This document shows, piece by piece, positions 38,915 to 48,363 of a DNA stretch of 64,000 nt. The notes beneath the pieces were generated by a model. That model made no database searches. It worked only from the letters and a program-made list of their open reading frames with translations, and was not told the DNA's origin. Positions within the stretch are counted from its first letter, which is position 1. Each line of letters begins with the position of its first letter. The stretch covers positions 1,472,001 to 1,536,000 of the forward strand of contig NZ_JAQNDL010000002.1 of NCBI RefSeq assembly GCF_028368995.1, written 5' to 3'. This DNA comes from Nannocystis bainbridge. Lineage in GTDB: Bacteria; Myxococcota_A; Polyangia; Nannocystales; Nannocystaceae. Position numbers and translations under genes: made by a program.

Positions 38915-41227
38915 ATGCCCAGCCTGTCCCGGCGATCCGCCCATCGCTCTCTCATTGTTTGGACCGCAGGTCTGACGCTGCTCCTGAGCGGTGCCGCGGG
39001 CTGCGAGCGGCGCGGCGGGCCGGTGATCCTCGCCAGGGCGAAGGCGCTGGCGCCCGTGGAAGATCGGGCCGCGACGGCCGCGCTCGAGCAGGTGCGCCGC
39101 GGGTACATGGGTCGCGACTGGTGGGGGTGCGCGCACGAGGGGGCGGCCCTGCGGGAGAAGCACCCCGACGACGCGCGGCTGCAGGCGTGGACGATCCTGT
39201 GCGCGGGCCGCTCGGGGGGCAACGCGCTCGCGCAGGCGGAGGCGATGCTGGCTGAAAGGCCAGGTGACCCGTGGGCCCTGTTCGCTCGCGCCGGCGCGCT
39301 GCTCGACGACCCGTCGCGCGGCCAGCAGGAGAGCATCCCGGCGGCGCGGGCGGCACTGGCGGCCCTGGACGGGCACCCGGACGCGCTGTGGCAGCTCGGC
39401 CGGGCGCTCGTGGTCCACGCGCCGCGGATCGAGACGGTACAATTCTTCGCCGAGCACGGCGGCGCGACGCCCGATCTGCTGGCGCTCGAGCTCGCGTTCG
39501 CGATCCAGTCGATCGGGTCGACCGAGGCGCAGGTGCTCGAGCTGGCGGCGAGGACCAGGGCCGCCGACCCGAACAACGTCGACGCGGAGTTCGCGACGGC
39601 GACGTGGCTGCTGAACCACCGCCGCCCGGACGAGGCGGGCCCGCTGCTGGTCCGCGCGCTCGAGCTGTCGCCGCACTCGTCGTCGCTCCACGCGCAGCTG
39701 TGGGAGGCGCTGCTGCAGGCGAGCGATTCAGCCGCGGGCGGGGCGGGCGGGGCGATGGTGGAGGCACCGCTCGCGCGCGAGCACGACGACGCGGACCGGT
39801 CGACGTGGGAGGCGATGGTGCAGGCGGCCCGGCGCGGGCCGGAGGGTCGGCGGGCGGTGATCGACGCGGGGGTGGCGTCGCTGCTGCGCGCACGCCCGGA
39901 CTCGCCTGGGACGTTGAAGACGGCGGCCGACGTGTACGCGACGCTGGCCCCCGAGGTGCAGGCGAAGTACGAGGCCGAGCTCCTCGAGCGTTTCCCCGCC
40001 AGCGGCTCGGCGGACTGGGTCCGGGTCGGCCAGCTCCGCAAGCTGACGCAGGCGCGGTACGAACGCGAGACGAAGAAGACGCCGGACGTCGCCGCCGACG
40101 CGCAGCTGCGGGCGCAGATCGAGACGCTGCTGCGCGAGCGACCGCCGGCGCTGCCGGGGCTGCGCGCCGAGCAGTACATGGAGCTGTACTTCCTGCTGCG
40201 CGACGACGAGCAGGCCGCGCCGGAGGTGCTGCTGTCGACGCTGCAGGCGTGGGTCGAGGTCGAGCCGCGCAACTTCATCGTGCTGGCTGACGCGGCGGTC
40301 GTGCTCGCCGAGCGCACGCCGTACCGGCGTGAGGCCGAGGTGATCCTCCGCGAGGCGATCCGGCGCAGCGAGGCGATGCTGGCCGCGGGCCGGGCCCAGG
40401 AGGACGATTCGAAGATCTTCGACGAGCAGGACAGCTACTTCGCGGGCCGGATGAACAGCGCACTGGGCTCGGTGCTGCTGGCGCAGGGCCGGCGCGACGA
40501 GGCACGCGAGGCGTTCGCGCGGGTCCAGGCGCTGGCGAACAAATCACCCGAGATGGTGCTGCCGCTGGCCGCCTTCGCCGAGTCCGAGGGGCGGATCGCG
40601 GAGGCCGAGCAGCTGCTGGTCGAGGGGCTGGCGCTGTGGGGCGGCGAGAAGTCGTGCGAGGAGGCGCTGCGCGGGCTGTACCGCCGCCAGCACGGCAGCG
40701 ACCGCGGCTACGCCCGCCACCGGGCCCGGCTCGAGGACGACGTGCGGGCCAAGCGGCGCGCGCAGGTGCTGGCGGGCGCGATCGCCGAGCCGAAGCCGCT
40801 GCCGCCCTTCGCGCTGCCGCGCCTGAACGACGAGGAGCTGCGCAGCGAGGCGCTGCGCGGCCGCGTGGCGGTGATCAACCTGTGGACGACGTGGTGCGGC
40901 CCGTGCGCGGCCGAGATGCCGGCGCTGCAGCAGCTGGCCGACGCGTACGCGAAGGACCCCGACGTGGCCGTGCTGACGATCAACGGCGAGCCGCACACCG
41001 ACGAGCTGCGGGGCTGGCTGGCCGAGCGGAAGATCCGGCTCGAGGTGCTGCTCGGGGCCCGCTGGACCAGCGACAACGGGTTCACCACGCTGCCGACGAC
41101 GCTGTTCGTCGATCGCGCGGGGCGGGTCGTGTTCTCGCACGAGGGGGCGACGGAGCGGCTGGTCGAGGAATTCACGTGGCGCATCGAGGCGCTCCGCGAG
41201 GCGGGCCGGGCCGACGCCGCAGGTTGA
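38915..41227 (+). CDS. TPR-rich lipoprotein with C-terminal TlpA/ResA-like thioredoxin (copy 1)
   Basis: AAGC lipobox, TPR-like helices, WTTWCGPCAAEMP, LPTTLFVDRAG. Confidence 0.88.
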   Translation: MPSLSRRSAHRSLIVWTAGLTLLLSGAAGCERRGGPVILARAKALAPVEDRAATAALEQVRRGYMGRDWWGCAHEGAALREKHPDDARLQAWTILCAGRSGGNALAQAEAMLAERPGDPWALFARAGALLDDPSRGQQESIPAARAALAALDGHPDALWQLGRALVVHAPRIETVQFFAEHGGATPDLLALELAFAIQSIGSTEAQVLELAARTRAADPNNVDAEFATATWLLNHRRPDEAGPLLVRALELSPHSSSLHAQLWEALLQASDSAAGGAGGAMVEAPLAREHDDADRSTWEAMVQAARRGPEGRRAVIDAGVASLLRARPDSPGTLKTAADVYATLAPEVQAKYEAELLERFPASGSADWVRVGQLRKLTQARYERETKKTPDVAADAQLRAQIETLLRERPPALPGLRAEQYMELYFLLRDDEQAAPEVLLSTLQAWVEVEPRNFIVLADAAVVLAERTPYRREAEVILREAIRRSEAMLAAGRAQEDDSKIFDEQDSYFAGRMNSALGSVLLAQGRRDEAREAFARVQALANKSPEMVLPLAAFAESEGRIAEAEQLLVEGLALWGGEKSCEEALRGLYRRQHGSDRGYARHRARLEDDVRAKRRAQVLAGAIAEPKPLPPFALPRLNDEELRSEALRGRVAVINLWTTWCGPCAAEMPALQQLADAYAKDPDVAVLTINGEPHTDELRGWLAERKIRLEVLLGARWTSDNGFTTLPTTLFVDRAGRVVFSHEGATERLVEEFTWRIEALREAGRADAAG

Positions 41228-41995
41228 CCGGGGGCGCCGATTCATGACAGTCCGGCTCGCGGTCGTCGTGGACCTCGCATTCGTGCAGGCCCACGAATCG
41301 TCGGATTTCCGCGGCGTCGTCGATGCACATGTGAGCCGTGCGCCCGGGCCTCGGCAGTGCGCGAGCCGGGGACCTGCGCGGCGGAGATAGCCGCGCCGGC
41401 GGGGTGCCCAGCGCTCTTCCCGTCAGCCCGCGCTCAGCGGCGCGGGAACACGGGATCAGCCCAAGTCACTGGTGAAGGCGCACCGCGGTGGCGCGCTGGA
41501 TGGCGTTTGACGTGACGTAGCCGCCCCAGACCGCCTGGTCAAACGCGCCCGTGGCCACCGCGTGTGCCGCGGAGCGCCAGCGCACGACCGCGCACGACCT
41601 CGGCAATTCTGACCTCCGAAGCGAACGCGTTGCCCAGGAGCGAGTCGTCCGACTCGCCGACACTCAATAGATGGCGGCGACGAGTCGTAAGCACCTGTTC
41701 GCGACCGAGCTGTACGCTCCGGTGGCGACGGTCCAGTTCTCCTTCGAGGGAGACACCACCGGGCTCGTGGATTCCGGGAGCCTCGCACGCAGCAGCTACA
41801 CCGTCATCTGGACCGGCAAGCCCTTCTCGCAAGTGTGGCTCGCCGCCAAGCCCGCCTTCGCCCCCACCCACGACGTATTTCTCGGCTACCACCCGCCCGA
41901 GACGGCGACGGCCACCTTGGCGGCGCAGTTCATCGCGGACGCGCTTCAGCGCGACGTGACGGTCGAAGGACGCGTCGTGACGCCGAGGCCGCTCT

Positions 41996-42116
41996 CGGCC
42001 TCGCCACTCGTCGATCGGCTACTCGACCCCGATCGCCTACGAGGAGAGCTTCTACGCCGAACAGGCGCAGACTCAAGCGGCATAAGCAAAGTGTCCACTT
42101 TTTCGGGGCAATCCCA
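41996..42116 (+). mobile_element. IS3-family remnant: transposase C-terminus plus right inverted repeat
   Basis: 42002-42085 reads RHSSIGYSTPIAYEESFYAEQAQTQAA*, then GTGTCCACTTTTTCGGGGCAATCCCA, a typical IS3-family end. Confidence 0.85.
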
Positions 42117-42215
42117 ACCTGTTCCTGGCTGGCGAATTGGGCAGAAACCTGTACATGCGCGCAGTATCACAGAAACACGGTATGTGCCAAGGACGCCAAG
42201 CCCGCCTCCGCCGCC

Positions 42216-42320
42216 TCACGTTCGCGGGTGCCGTTCCTGCCGAGGAAGAGGGGCGGGACTGGCGCGTTGAGCAACTGGCGGCGCACCTCGAGGTACTGCT
42301 GCACCACTGCCGTGTCGAGG
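42216..42320 (-). pseudogene. Short internally deleted xerC-like fragment
   Basis: Close copy of 44934-45030 fused to 44691-44702; encodes AVVQQYLEVRRQLLNAPVPPLFLGRNGTR. Confidence 0.85.
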
Positions 42321-42486
42321 CTGAACGAAGTGAAGGCCCTCCTCGAGGCGGCCGCGAGCAACACGGGGCGGCGTCGGGCCGGGTGACGTAGGCCGCGTCG
42401 ACTCATGCACCGACCCTTCCGTCGCGCGAGCGCGCGGGTGGTATCTCAGAGCGCAGATCGCCGACCCGCGCAACGCGTACGAGCCT

Positions 42487-44655
42487 ATGATGCCTCGCTC
42501 CCGAGCTGTCAGAACGACCATGTGCCTGGCGCTCGCGCTGACGCCGGTCGGTTGTTCCCGCGCCGCTCCCTCTCACTCTCACGGGCAGCTCACCTCCGAA
42601 GTCGTCGATCCCGCGGACGCGGCCGCGGACGGGTTGCGCGCTCGCCTCACCGCCGACGACGCTTTCGGATGCGCCCGCGACGGCGAGGCGCTCGTGCGGC
42701 AGCACCCCGCGAGCCGACGCCTGCGCGCGTGGTGGATCGGCTGCGTCTCCGCGGCCGGGCGCCGGACCGAGGCCGCAGCCATGTCTGCGGCGATGCTGTC
42801 CGCACCGCGAGGTGACCCGTGGGCCCGGCTGGCGGAGGTGCTCGCGGCCGTCGGCGGCGGCACGATCGTCGATCCGGCGCTGCTCGGCCGCTCCGAGGCG
42901 CTGCTCACCGACCTGCCGAACCACGCGGACGCCGTCGTCGCCCGCGCGTGGCTGCTGCTGGCGATGCACCGCGCCGCCGACATCCTCGCGCTGGCGGCGG
43001 CCGAGTCGGGCACGCCGGCGTCGGCGCGGGTCTACGCCCTCCTCGACGCCGCCCGCAGCGACCCCACCCGCCTGCCGGAGGCCCTGTCGGTGGCAGGCGG
43101 CGTGGCGCAGGACGACCCGGAATTCGTCGCGGTGGCGGTGACGGCTGCCGGGCTGCTCAGCCAGCAGGAGCGGTCGGTCGAGGCGCTCGAATGGGTCGAG
43201 GCCGCGCTCGCGCACGCTCCGGGCGCGCCGTCGCTGCTGCGCCGGCGCTGGCACTTGATGCAGGAACGAGCGGACGTCGGCGACATCGCCGACGCAGTGT
43301 TTGCGGACATCGACGACGTCGTCGCCAGCTGGCCCGATCGGCCCGACGTACTCCTCGCCGCCGTCGACGGCGCACGGGCCGTCGGTCGGGCCGGCCACGC
43401 CGGGCTGCTCGAGCAGCGGCTCCTCGCCGAGTACCCCGACAGCCCCGAGGCCGAGTCGGTGTTGTACCGCCGCCTCGACCTGCGCGACGCCGCCGGCACG
43501 CGCCTCGACGTCGAGGCCTCGCTGCTGCGCGACACTATGCTCGCGGCCTTCCTCGCGCGGCCGATCCACCACGACCCGCGCAAGCTCGCCACGGTCGCCC
43601 GGTGGCGCTTCGAAGCAAAAATGGCCGTTCCTTCGGCCACCCCCGAATCGATCCTCGCCGCCGTCGAGGACATGATCGCACACGAGCCGGTGGTGCCGTC
43701 GCCGAAGCTCGTCGGTGCGCGCGCGCTGTTCGACCGCACCCCCTTCCACGACCGCGCCGGCGAGCTCGCGCGCGCGGGGATCGAGGCGAGCGAGAGCTAC
43801 GCCCGCGCGTGGCGTGAGGCCGGCTCGCTCCACGTCGACATGCTGCGGCGCGATCACGTGACCGTCGGCAGCACGATACTCGGCAACCTAGCTTTGAAGT
43901 CTGGTGACCTCGACGCCGCCCAGGCTGCGTTTCGGCGGGCCGAGAGCAACAGCCTCGGCCCGTTCGCCGACCTCCAGCTCGGCCTCGCCGAGGTCGCCCG
44001 CCGCCGCGGCGACCGCGACGCCGCCGAGCTCCACCTCGTCGCGGGGCTCTCCCTCCCCGGCGACGGCGGCGAGCGCTGCCGCGGCGCCCTCGTCGAGCTC
44101 TACCGCGCCCGCACCGGCAGCACCCAGGGTCTATCGCAATACATGGAGGGCCTCGAGGCTGGCTCGGCCGAGCGCCGCAAGCGGCAGGCCCTGGCCTCCT
44201 ACGACGAATCCGCCGCGCCGCTGCCCGACTTCTCGCTGCGCAGCACTGACCACCGCGAGGTCACCCTCGCGTCGCTGCGCGGCAAGATTGTCGTGCTGCA
44301 CTTCTGGTTCAAGACCTGCGCCGGCTGCCTGCTGGAGATGCCCGAGTTATCCGCGTTCGCCGCGGCCCACGCCGGCGACCCGGACGTCGCGGTGGTCAGC
44401 ATTCATTACGGCGGCAGCCTCGGCGCCGTCGCCGAGTGGGTACGCGCGCAGAGGCTCCCGTTCACCGTGCTGATGGATGACGGCTACGCCGAGCGCATCG
44501 GCGTCCACAGCTATCCCACCACCTGGTTCCTCGACCCCGAGGGCCGGCGCCGCTTCGACGAAGGCTTCGGCTACACCCGACACTTGCGCGAGGAGTTCGA
44601 GTGGCGAATCGAGGCCCTGCGCGCCCGCGCCGCCCCGCCCGCGAACTCCGGCTAG
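42487..44655 (+). CDS. TPR-rich lipoprotein with C-terminal TlpA-like thioredoxin (copy 2)
   Basis: PVGC lipobox, FWFKTCAGCLLEMP, YPTTWFLDPEG; ends EEFEWRIEALR like copy 1. Confidence 0.85.
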   Translation: MMPRSRAVRTTMCLALALTPVGCSRAAPSHSHGQLTSEVVDPADAAADGLRARLTADDAFGCARDGEALVRQHPASRRLRAWWIGCVSAAGRRTEAAAMSAAMLSAPRGDPWARLAEVLAAVGGGTIVDPALLGRSEALLTDLPNHADAVVARAWLLLAMHRAADILALAAAESGTPASARVYALLDAARSDPTRLPEALSVAGGVAQDDPEFVAVAVTAAGLLSQQERSVEALEWVEAALAHAPGAPSLLRRRWHLMQERADVGDIADAVFADIDDVVASWPDRPDVLLAAVDGARAVGRAGHAGLLEQRLLAEYPDSPEAESVLYRRLDLRDAAGTRLDVEASLLRDTMLAAFLARPIHHDPRKLATVARWRFEAKMAVPSATPESILAAVEDMIAHEPVVPSPKLVGARALFDRTPFHDRAGELARAGIEASESYARAWREAGSLHVDMLRRDHVTVGSTILGNLALKSGDLDAAQAAFRRAESNSLGPFADLQLGLAEVARRRGDRDAAELHLVAGLSLPGDGGERCRGALVELYRARTGSTQGLSQYMEGLEAGSAERRKRQALASYDESAAPLPDFSLRSTDHREVTLASLRGKIVVLHFWFKTCAGCLLEMPELSAFAAAHAGDPDVAVVSIHYGGSLGAVAEWVRAQRLPFTVLMDDGYAERIGVHSYPTTWFLDPEGRRRFDEGFGYTRHLREEFEWRIEALRARAAPPANSG

Positions 44656-44690
44656 TAGCCGCTGTCGGCGGGCTCGTCGAATCCGCGGCC

Positions 44691-45407
44691 TCACGTTCGC
44701 GGATGGGCTCGGTAGTACTCGGCCGCGAGCCAGCCAAGGTCGAGCTTCGTGTAGCGCTGCGTGCTGCTCAGGCTTGCGTGGCCCAGCATCTCCTGGATGC
44801 TTCGCAGGTCGCAGCCCCGCAGCAACAGGTGCGTGGCGAAGCTGTGGCGGATCCCATGAGGCCCCACGCGGACCTTGGCCTCGACCGCCTTGCAGCGGCG
44901 ATACACCAGCTCTCGAACAGTGCGGTCGCTGAGGCGGGTGCCGTTCCTGCCGAGGAAGAGGGACGGGGCGGGGGCGATGAGCAACTGGTGACGCACCTCG
45001 AGGTACCGCTGCACCGCTGCCGCGCCGAGGGTTCCAATGGGAACAATGCGGTCCTTGTCCCCCTTGCCGCGCACCACCCGGATCGTTAGCTCGTCGCAAT
45101 CCCAACGAAGATCATCAACATCGAGCGCAACGCACTCGGTGACGCGTAGACCGGCCCCGTAGAGCACCTCGAGGACCGCGCGGTCACGGAGGCCGCGAGC
45201 GCCCTGCGCATGGCCTGGCCCTTCAATCATGTTCTCAAGGTCGCTGAGCGCGGCGGGCCGGCCGTGTCGGCGCTCAACTCCGTTCGCAAACCCGTGGAGG
45301 TCGCCTGAGTAGGCGCGGGCGGTGTGCGGCGAGAGCCGCCGCACGCACGTGATGAACCGAGGAAGCGCTTTATAGCGTTGCGCAGCACACGCTCGATCTA
45401 CCGCCAC
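44691..45407 (-). pseudogene. xerC: XerC-like tyrosine recombinase with in-frame deletion in the core-binding domain
   Basis: LSPHTARAYSGDL, RDRAVLEVLYGAGLRVTE, GKGDKDRIVP, HGIRHSFATHLL, QEMLGHASLSSTQRYT, AHPR; ~238 aa versus ~300 typical; start uncertain. Confidence 0.8.
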
Positions 45408-45468
45408 AGCCTGTGGGCAACTTAGCCTGAGTGGAGCATGTCTCGTGAGAGATATCTGTTTTTGGTTT

Positions 45469-46543
45469 GCCTGAAAGGGACTTCGCTTGATGTCCGTGCT
45501 GCCACGCAACGGCCGCCACCATCGCGCCGCTACCTTGCGGGCGAGGGGCGAGAAGGTGGCCATCGCCAGGTTGGGGGATGCCCTCGAGGAGGGCACAGGC
45601 AACCACAGCTTGCGCCGCCGCTCGGCCGCGAATCGCTCGACCACGGACGCGCAGTCCCAGTGCTCGACCCTGGACAGCGCGGGACCCCGCGACCACGCCA
45701 TGTCCCAATGCGCGACCGCCTGCCCCAAATGCCCCGTCACAATCGTCGCCGACATCACCGAGCGAGCGAGCTCGTGGTATCGTCGGTGCGTGAGCCAGGG
45801 AAGGCTGATGGCAGCGATCCTGACGCTCGGTACCGTGGGGGCCGCGGTGTGGCTGTCGGCATCGCGCGGCGAACTGCAGACCGCGACGGACACTCCGCCT
45901 CTGACTGAGGCATCAAAGGCGCCCCGGGTCTCGTGGCGGCTCGACCCGCTTATCACCGAGGCGCTCGCGCGCCACCCGAAGCTGCGGGCGTACTTCGCTA
46001 CGATGAGCTACGACGAGTCGTTCCGCGTCGGCGGCGATCTGGCACAACGCGGCATGTGCAGCCTGGCCGACGAGCAGCTGTTACGCGTGGTCGCGCTGCA
46101 GCTCCGGCAGACGGAGCTGCTGGGCGACCGCGCGTGCGAGATGCTGCTGGCGGGCGACGGGTTGGTGGCGGTGGCGGCGATGGAGCTGCTGCCCGACACC
46201 GAGCTGCGCGAGTTCATCACCTACAAGACGCTGGCGCAGCTGCTGGCCCTCGAGGGCGCCGAGATATCGCTGACGCCGCAAGAGGCGGCGGCCGAGCGCG
46301 AACGCCGGCTCGCGGAGGTGCGAGGGTCGCTGTCGGCGGAGGCACGGGCGGCGTTCGAGACGCAGGCGTGTTTCTCGGAGGAGACGATGTTCCGCTCCGC
46401 GCTGGCGCTGGCGCCCGCGGAGGGCGGCCGGATGATCCGCGCGTTCCTCGAACCGTCGTGTCGGGCGCTCCCGCCACCCGCTGCGGCGAAGCGCTGAGGC
46501 CCTGCGACGTCGTTCCGAGCGGCCTGAAAGGGATTTCGCTGGA
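45469..46543 (+). repeat. 22-bp imperfect direct repeat pair
   Basis: GCCTGAAAGGGACTTCGCTTGA (45469-45490) and GCCTGAAAGGGATTTCGCTGGA (46522-46543), 20/22 identical. Confidence 0.75.
45808..46497 (+). CDS. Hypothetical exported protein
   Basis: N-terminal hydrophobic segment, helical Cys-containing body; start uncertain. Confidence 0.6.
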   Translation: MAAILTLGTVGAAVWLSASRGELQTATDTPPLTEASKAPRVSWRLDPLITEALARHPKLRAYFATMSYDESFRVGGDLAQRGMCSLADEQLLRVVALQLRQTELLGDRACEMLLAGDGLVAVAAMELLPDTELREFITYKTLAQLLALEGAEISLTPQEAAAERERRLAEVRGSLSAEARAAFETQACFSEETMFRSALALAPAEGGRMIRAFLEPSCRALPPPAAAKR

Positions 46544-46640
46544 CCGATCTGCTGGTTCGCTCCTGGCGCACATCCTCAGCGACAAGTTCTGCCACGGCCT
46601 GCCGTTCCATGGCCAGGAGTGTACGGCTTAGACTCGCCGC

Positions 46641-47198
46641 ATGGGACTCTTGACCTTCAGCATCAACGTCACCCTGGACGGCTGCGTCGACCACCAGGAG
46701 GGAATCGCCGACGATGAGACACACGCCTTCTTCACCCGCCTCATGGACGAGGGCGGGGCGATGCTGTGGGGCCGCGTCACCTACGAGATGATGGAGAGCT
46801 ACTGGCCGGCGGTCGCCCGCGGCGACGAGGAGGCGGCGCCGCCGATGCGCGAATGGGCGGTCAAGCTGGAGGCCAAGCCGAAGTACGTGGTGTCGTCGAC
46901 GCGAAAGGACTTCCCGTGGACCAACAGCCACCACATCGCTGGCGACCTGCGCACGGGCGTGCAGAAGCTCAAGGACGCGACCCCGGCCGGCGTGCTCCTC
47001 GGTAGCGGGAAGCTCGCGACCGAGCTGGACCGGCTGGATCTGATCGACGAGTACAATTTCCTCGTCCACCCCAGGATCGCTGGCCACGGCCCGACCCTGT
47101 ACCAGAGCGGGCTGCCCAGCACGCGACGGCTCGAGCTGGTCTCGGCGAAGCCGCTCCGCAGCGGCGCGGTCGCCATGCACTACCGGCGCGCGCGCTGA
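46641..47198 (+). CDS. Dihydrofolate reductase/RibD C-terminal family protein
   Basis: INVTLDG, LWGRVTYE, PKYVVSST, GSGKL, LIDEYNFLVHP..AGHG. Confidence 0.93.
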   Translation: MGLLTFSINVTLDGCVDHQEGIADDETHAFFTRLMDEGGAMLWGRVTYEMMESYWPAVARGDEEAAPPMREWAVKLEAKPKYVVSSTRKDFPWTNSHHIAGDLRTGVQKLKDATPAGVLLGSGKLATELDRLDLIDEYNFLVHPRIAGHGPTLYQSGLPSTRRLELVSAKPLRSGAVAMHYRRAR

Positions 47199-47263
47199 CT
47201 CAGAGCACACACCAGCCGAGGATCTCGATCGATTGGGCAATGGCCCGTGACGCTCGTCGAAAG

Positions 47264-47908
47264 TCAGCGCCTGAAGCGGATGGTGACCGAAGCGACCGCC
47301 GCGGCTGAGTTCGTGCCGGTGAAGCGGGCGATGATAGCGTCTCCTTGGGCGACCGTCGCGGGCGGGGGCACGGCCCCCCTCGGGGTGAACGCGGCGGTTC
47401 CGTTGGCCAACGTAACGAGGCTGCCCGGAACCAGGACTCCGCCCGCGAGCTCGAGGGACACCGACAGGGGGCCGCCTGCGATGTTCGCGTTGGCGATGAG
47501 GCTCAAGAAGTCGATGGCGCCGCTGATCGGCGCGACGCCGGCGACTGCTGCGGGGAGCACCGAAGCGTTGGCGAGCTGGAGGGTGATGGCAGCGGAGTCC
47601 GCGACCGTGACGTCGACCCGATCGTTGACCGCGTTGTCCGCGACGCTGACGGCGCCGATGAAGTTGAGCCTGGGCCGCGATCCTTGGAGCACGCCGCCGC
47701 CCTGGACCTCGACGTTGACCCGGTGTCGATGGTCGGCTCGCGCGACGAAGGTGGAGACGCCGGCGTCGTTCGTGACGCCTCCCGCGGTCGCCGGCGCCGG
47801 CGAGGCGGGCAGGGGATGTTGGTGGTCCGCGCGGGCGGCCTCTGGCATCGCGCCGACCTGAGCTGCATCGCCGACGTCGATCTGGGTCGGCGGCTGGTTC
47901 GTCAGCAC
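47264..47908 (-). CDS. Phage tail-fibre/structural-like protein, probably a 5'-truncated remnant
   Basis: Two ARADHxH motifs and RLNFIGAVSVADNAVNDRVDVTV; starts about 35 bp from dif. Confidence 0.5.
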   Translation of the reverse strand: MLTNQPPTQIDVGDAAQVGAMPEAARADHQHPLPASPAPATAGGVTNDAGVSTFVARADHRHRVNVEVQGGGVLQGSRPRLNFIGAVSVADNAVNDRVDVTVADSAAITLQLANASVLPAAVAGVAPISGAIDFLSLIANANIAGGPLSVSLELAGGVLVPGSLVTLANGTAAFTPRGAVPPPATVAQGDAIIARFTGTNSAAAVASVTIRFRR

Positions 47909-47942
47909 CCGGCAAGGACGACGGCCCTCGGCCGGACTCTCT

Positions 47943-47970
47943 TTTGCCGATAATAGTTATTATGTTAAGT
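47943..47970 (+). other. dif: dif chromosome dimer resolution site
   Basis: TTTGCCGATAA-TAGTTA-TTATGTTAAGT; XerD arm 10/11 identical to TTATGTTAAAT; intergenic and AT-rich; KOPS polarity switches here. Confidence 0.92.
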
Positions 47971-48363
47971 TAAAGAGGACAGGCAGCCAGGGGCGCCGGG
48001 CGGACGTTCTGGCTCGTCGGCGCCTGGCAAACCCTGGCTCGTCGGCGTCTTCTTGCAAGCCAGCCTTCGGCACTCGAAGTTCCGGTGAGAACCTTTGGGC
48101 TCCACGCATGCGAGTGACCAGGATCCTCGAACCCTATTCTGCGACGAGAGCTCAACAACTTCGGTCCCCGTTGTCCGGCTCTGCTCGATGGTCGGTCGTC
48201 AGCGCAGCCGATGTCCGCTCGACGACGGTCGTCATCACGCCGGTTATCCGCTCCACGACGGTCGTCCATCGCAGCGATCACTGCGCGAAATGTTCCGGCG
48301 CGCACTCATGCCCGTGCGCCGCCGCGCGCCGCACCGCCGGCATGTCTCGATGCCCGGAGCCGG

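Noticed and set aside
41671-42270. 199-aa ORF as an intact gene
   Set aside because: It runs through the IS3 remnant and the xerC fragment; at best a chimeric fragment
36125-47198. Integron with cassette array
   Set aside because: The recombinase is XerC-like without the IntI-specific insertion; no attC-like sites seen between genes
48183-48270. Three degenerate CGGTCGTC-containing repeats right of dif
   Set aside because: Short, irregular and weak for this GC content
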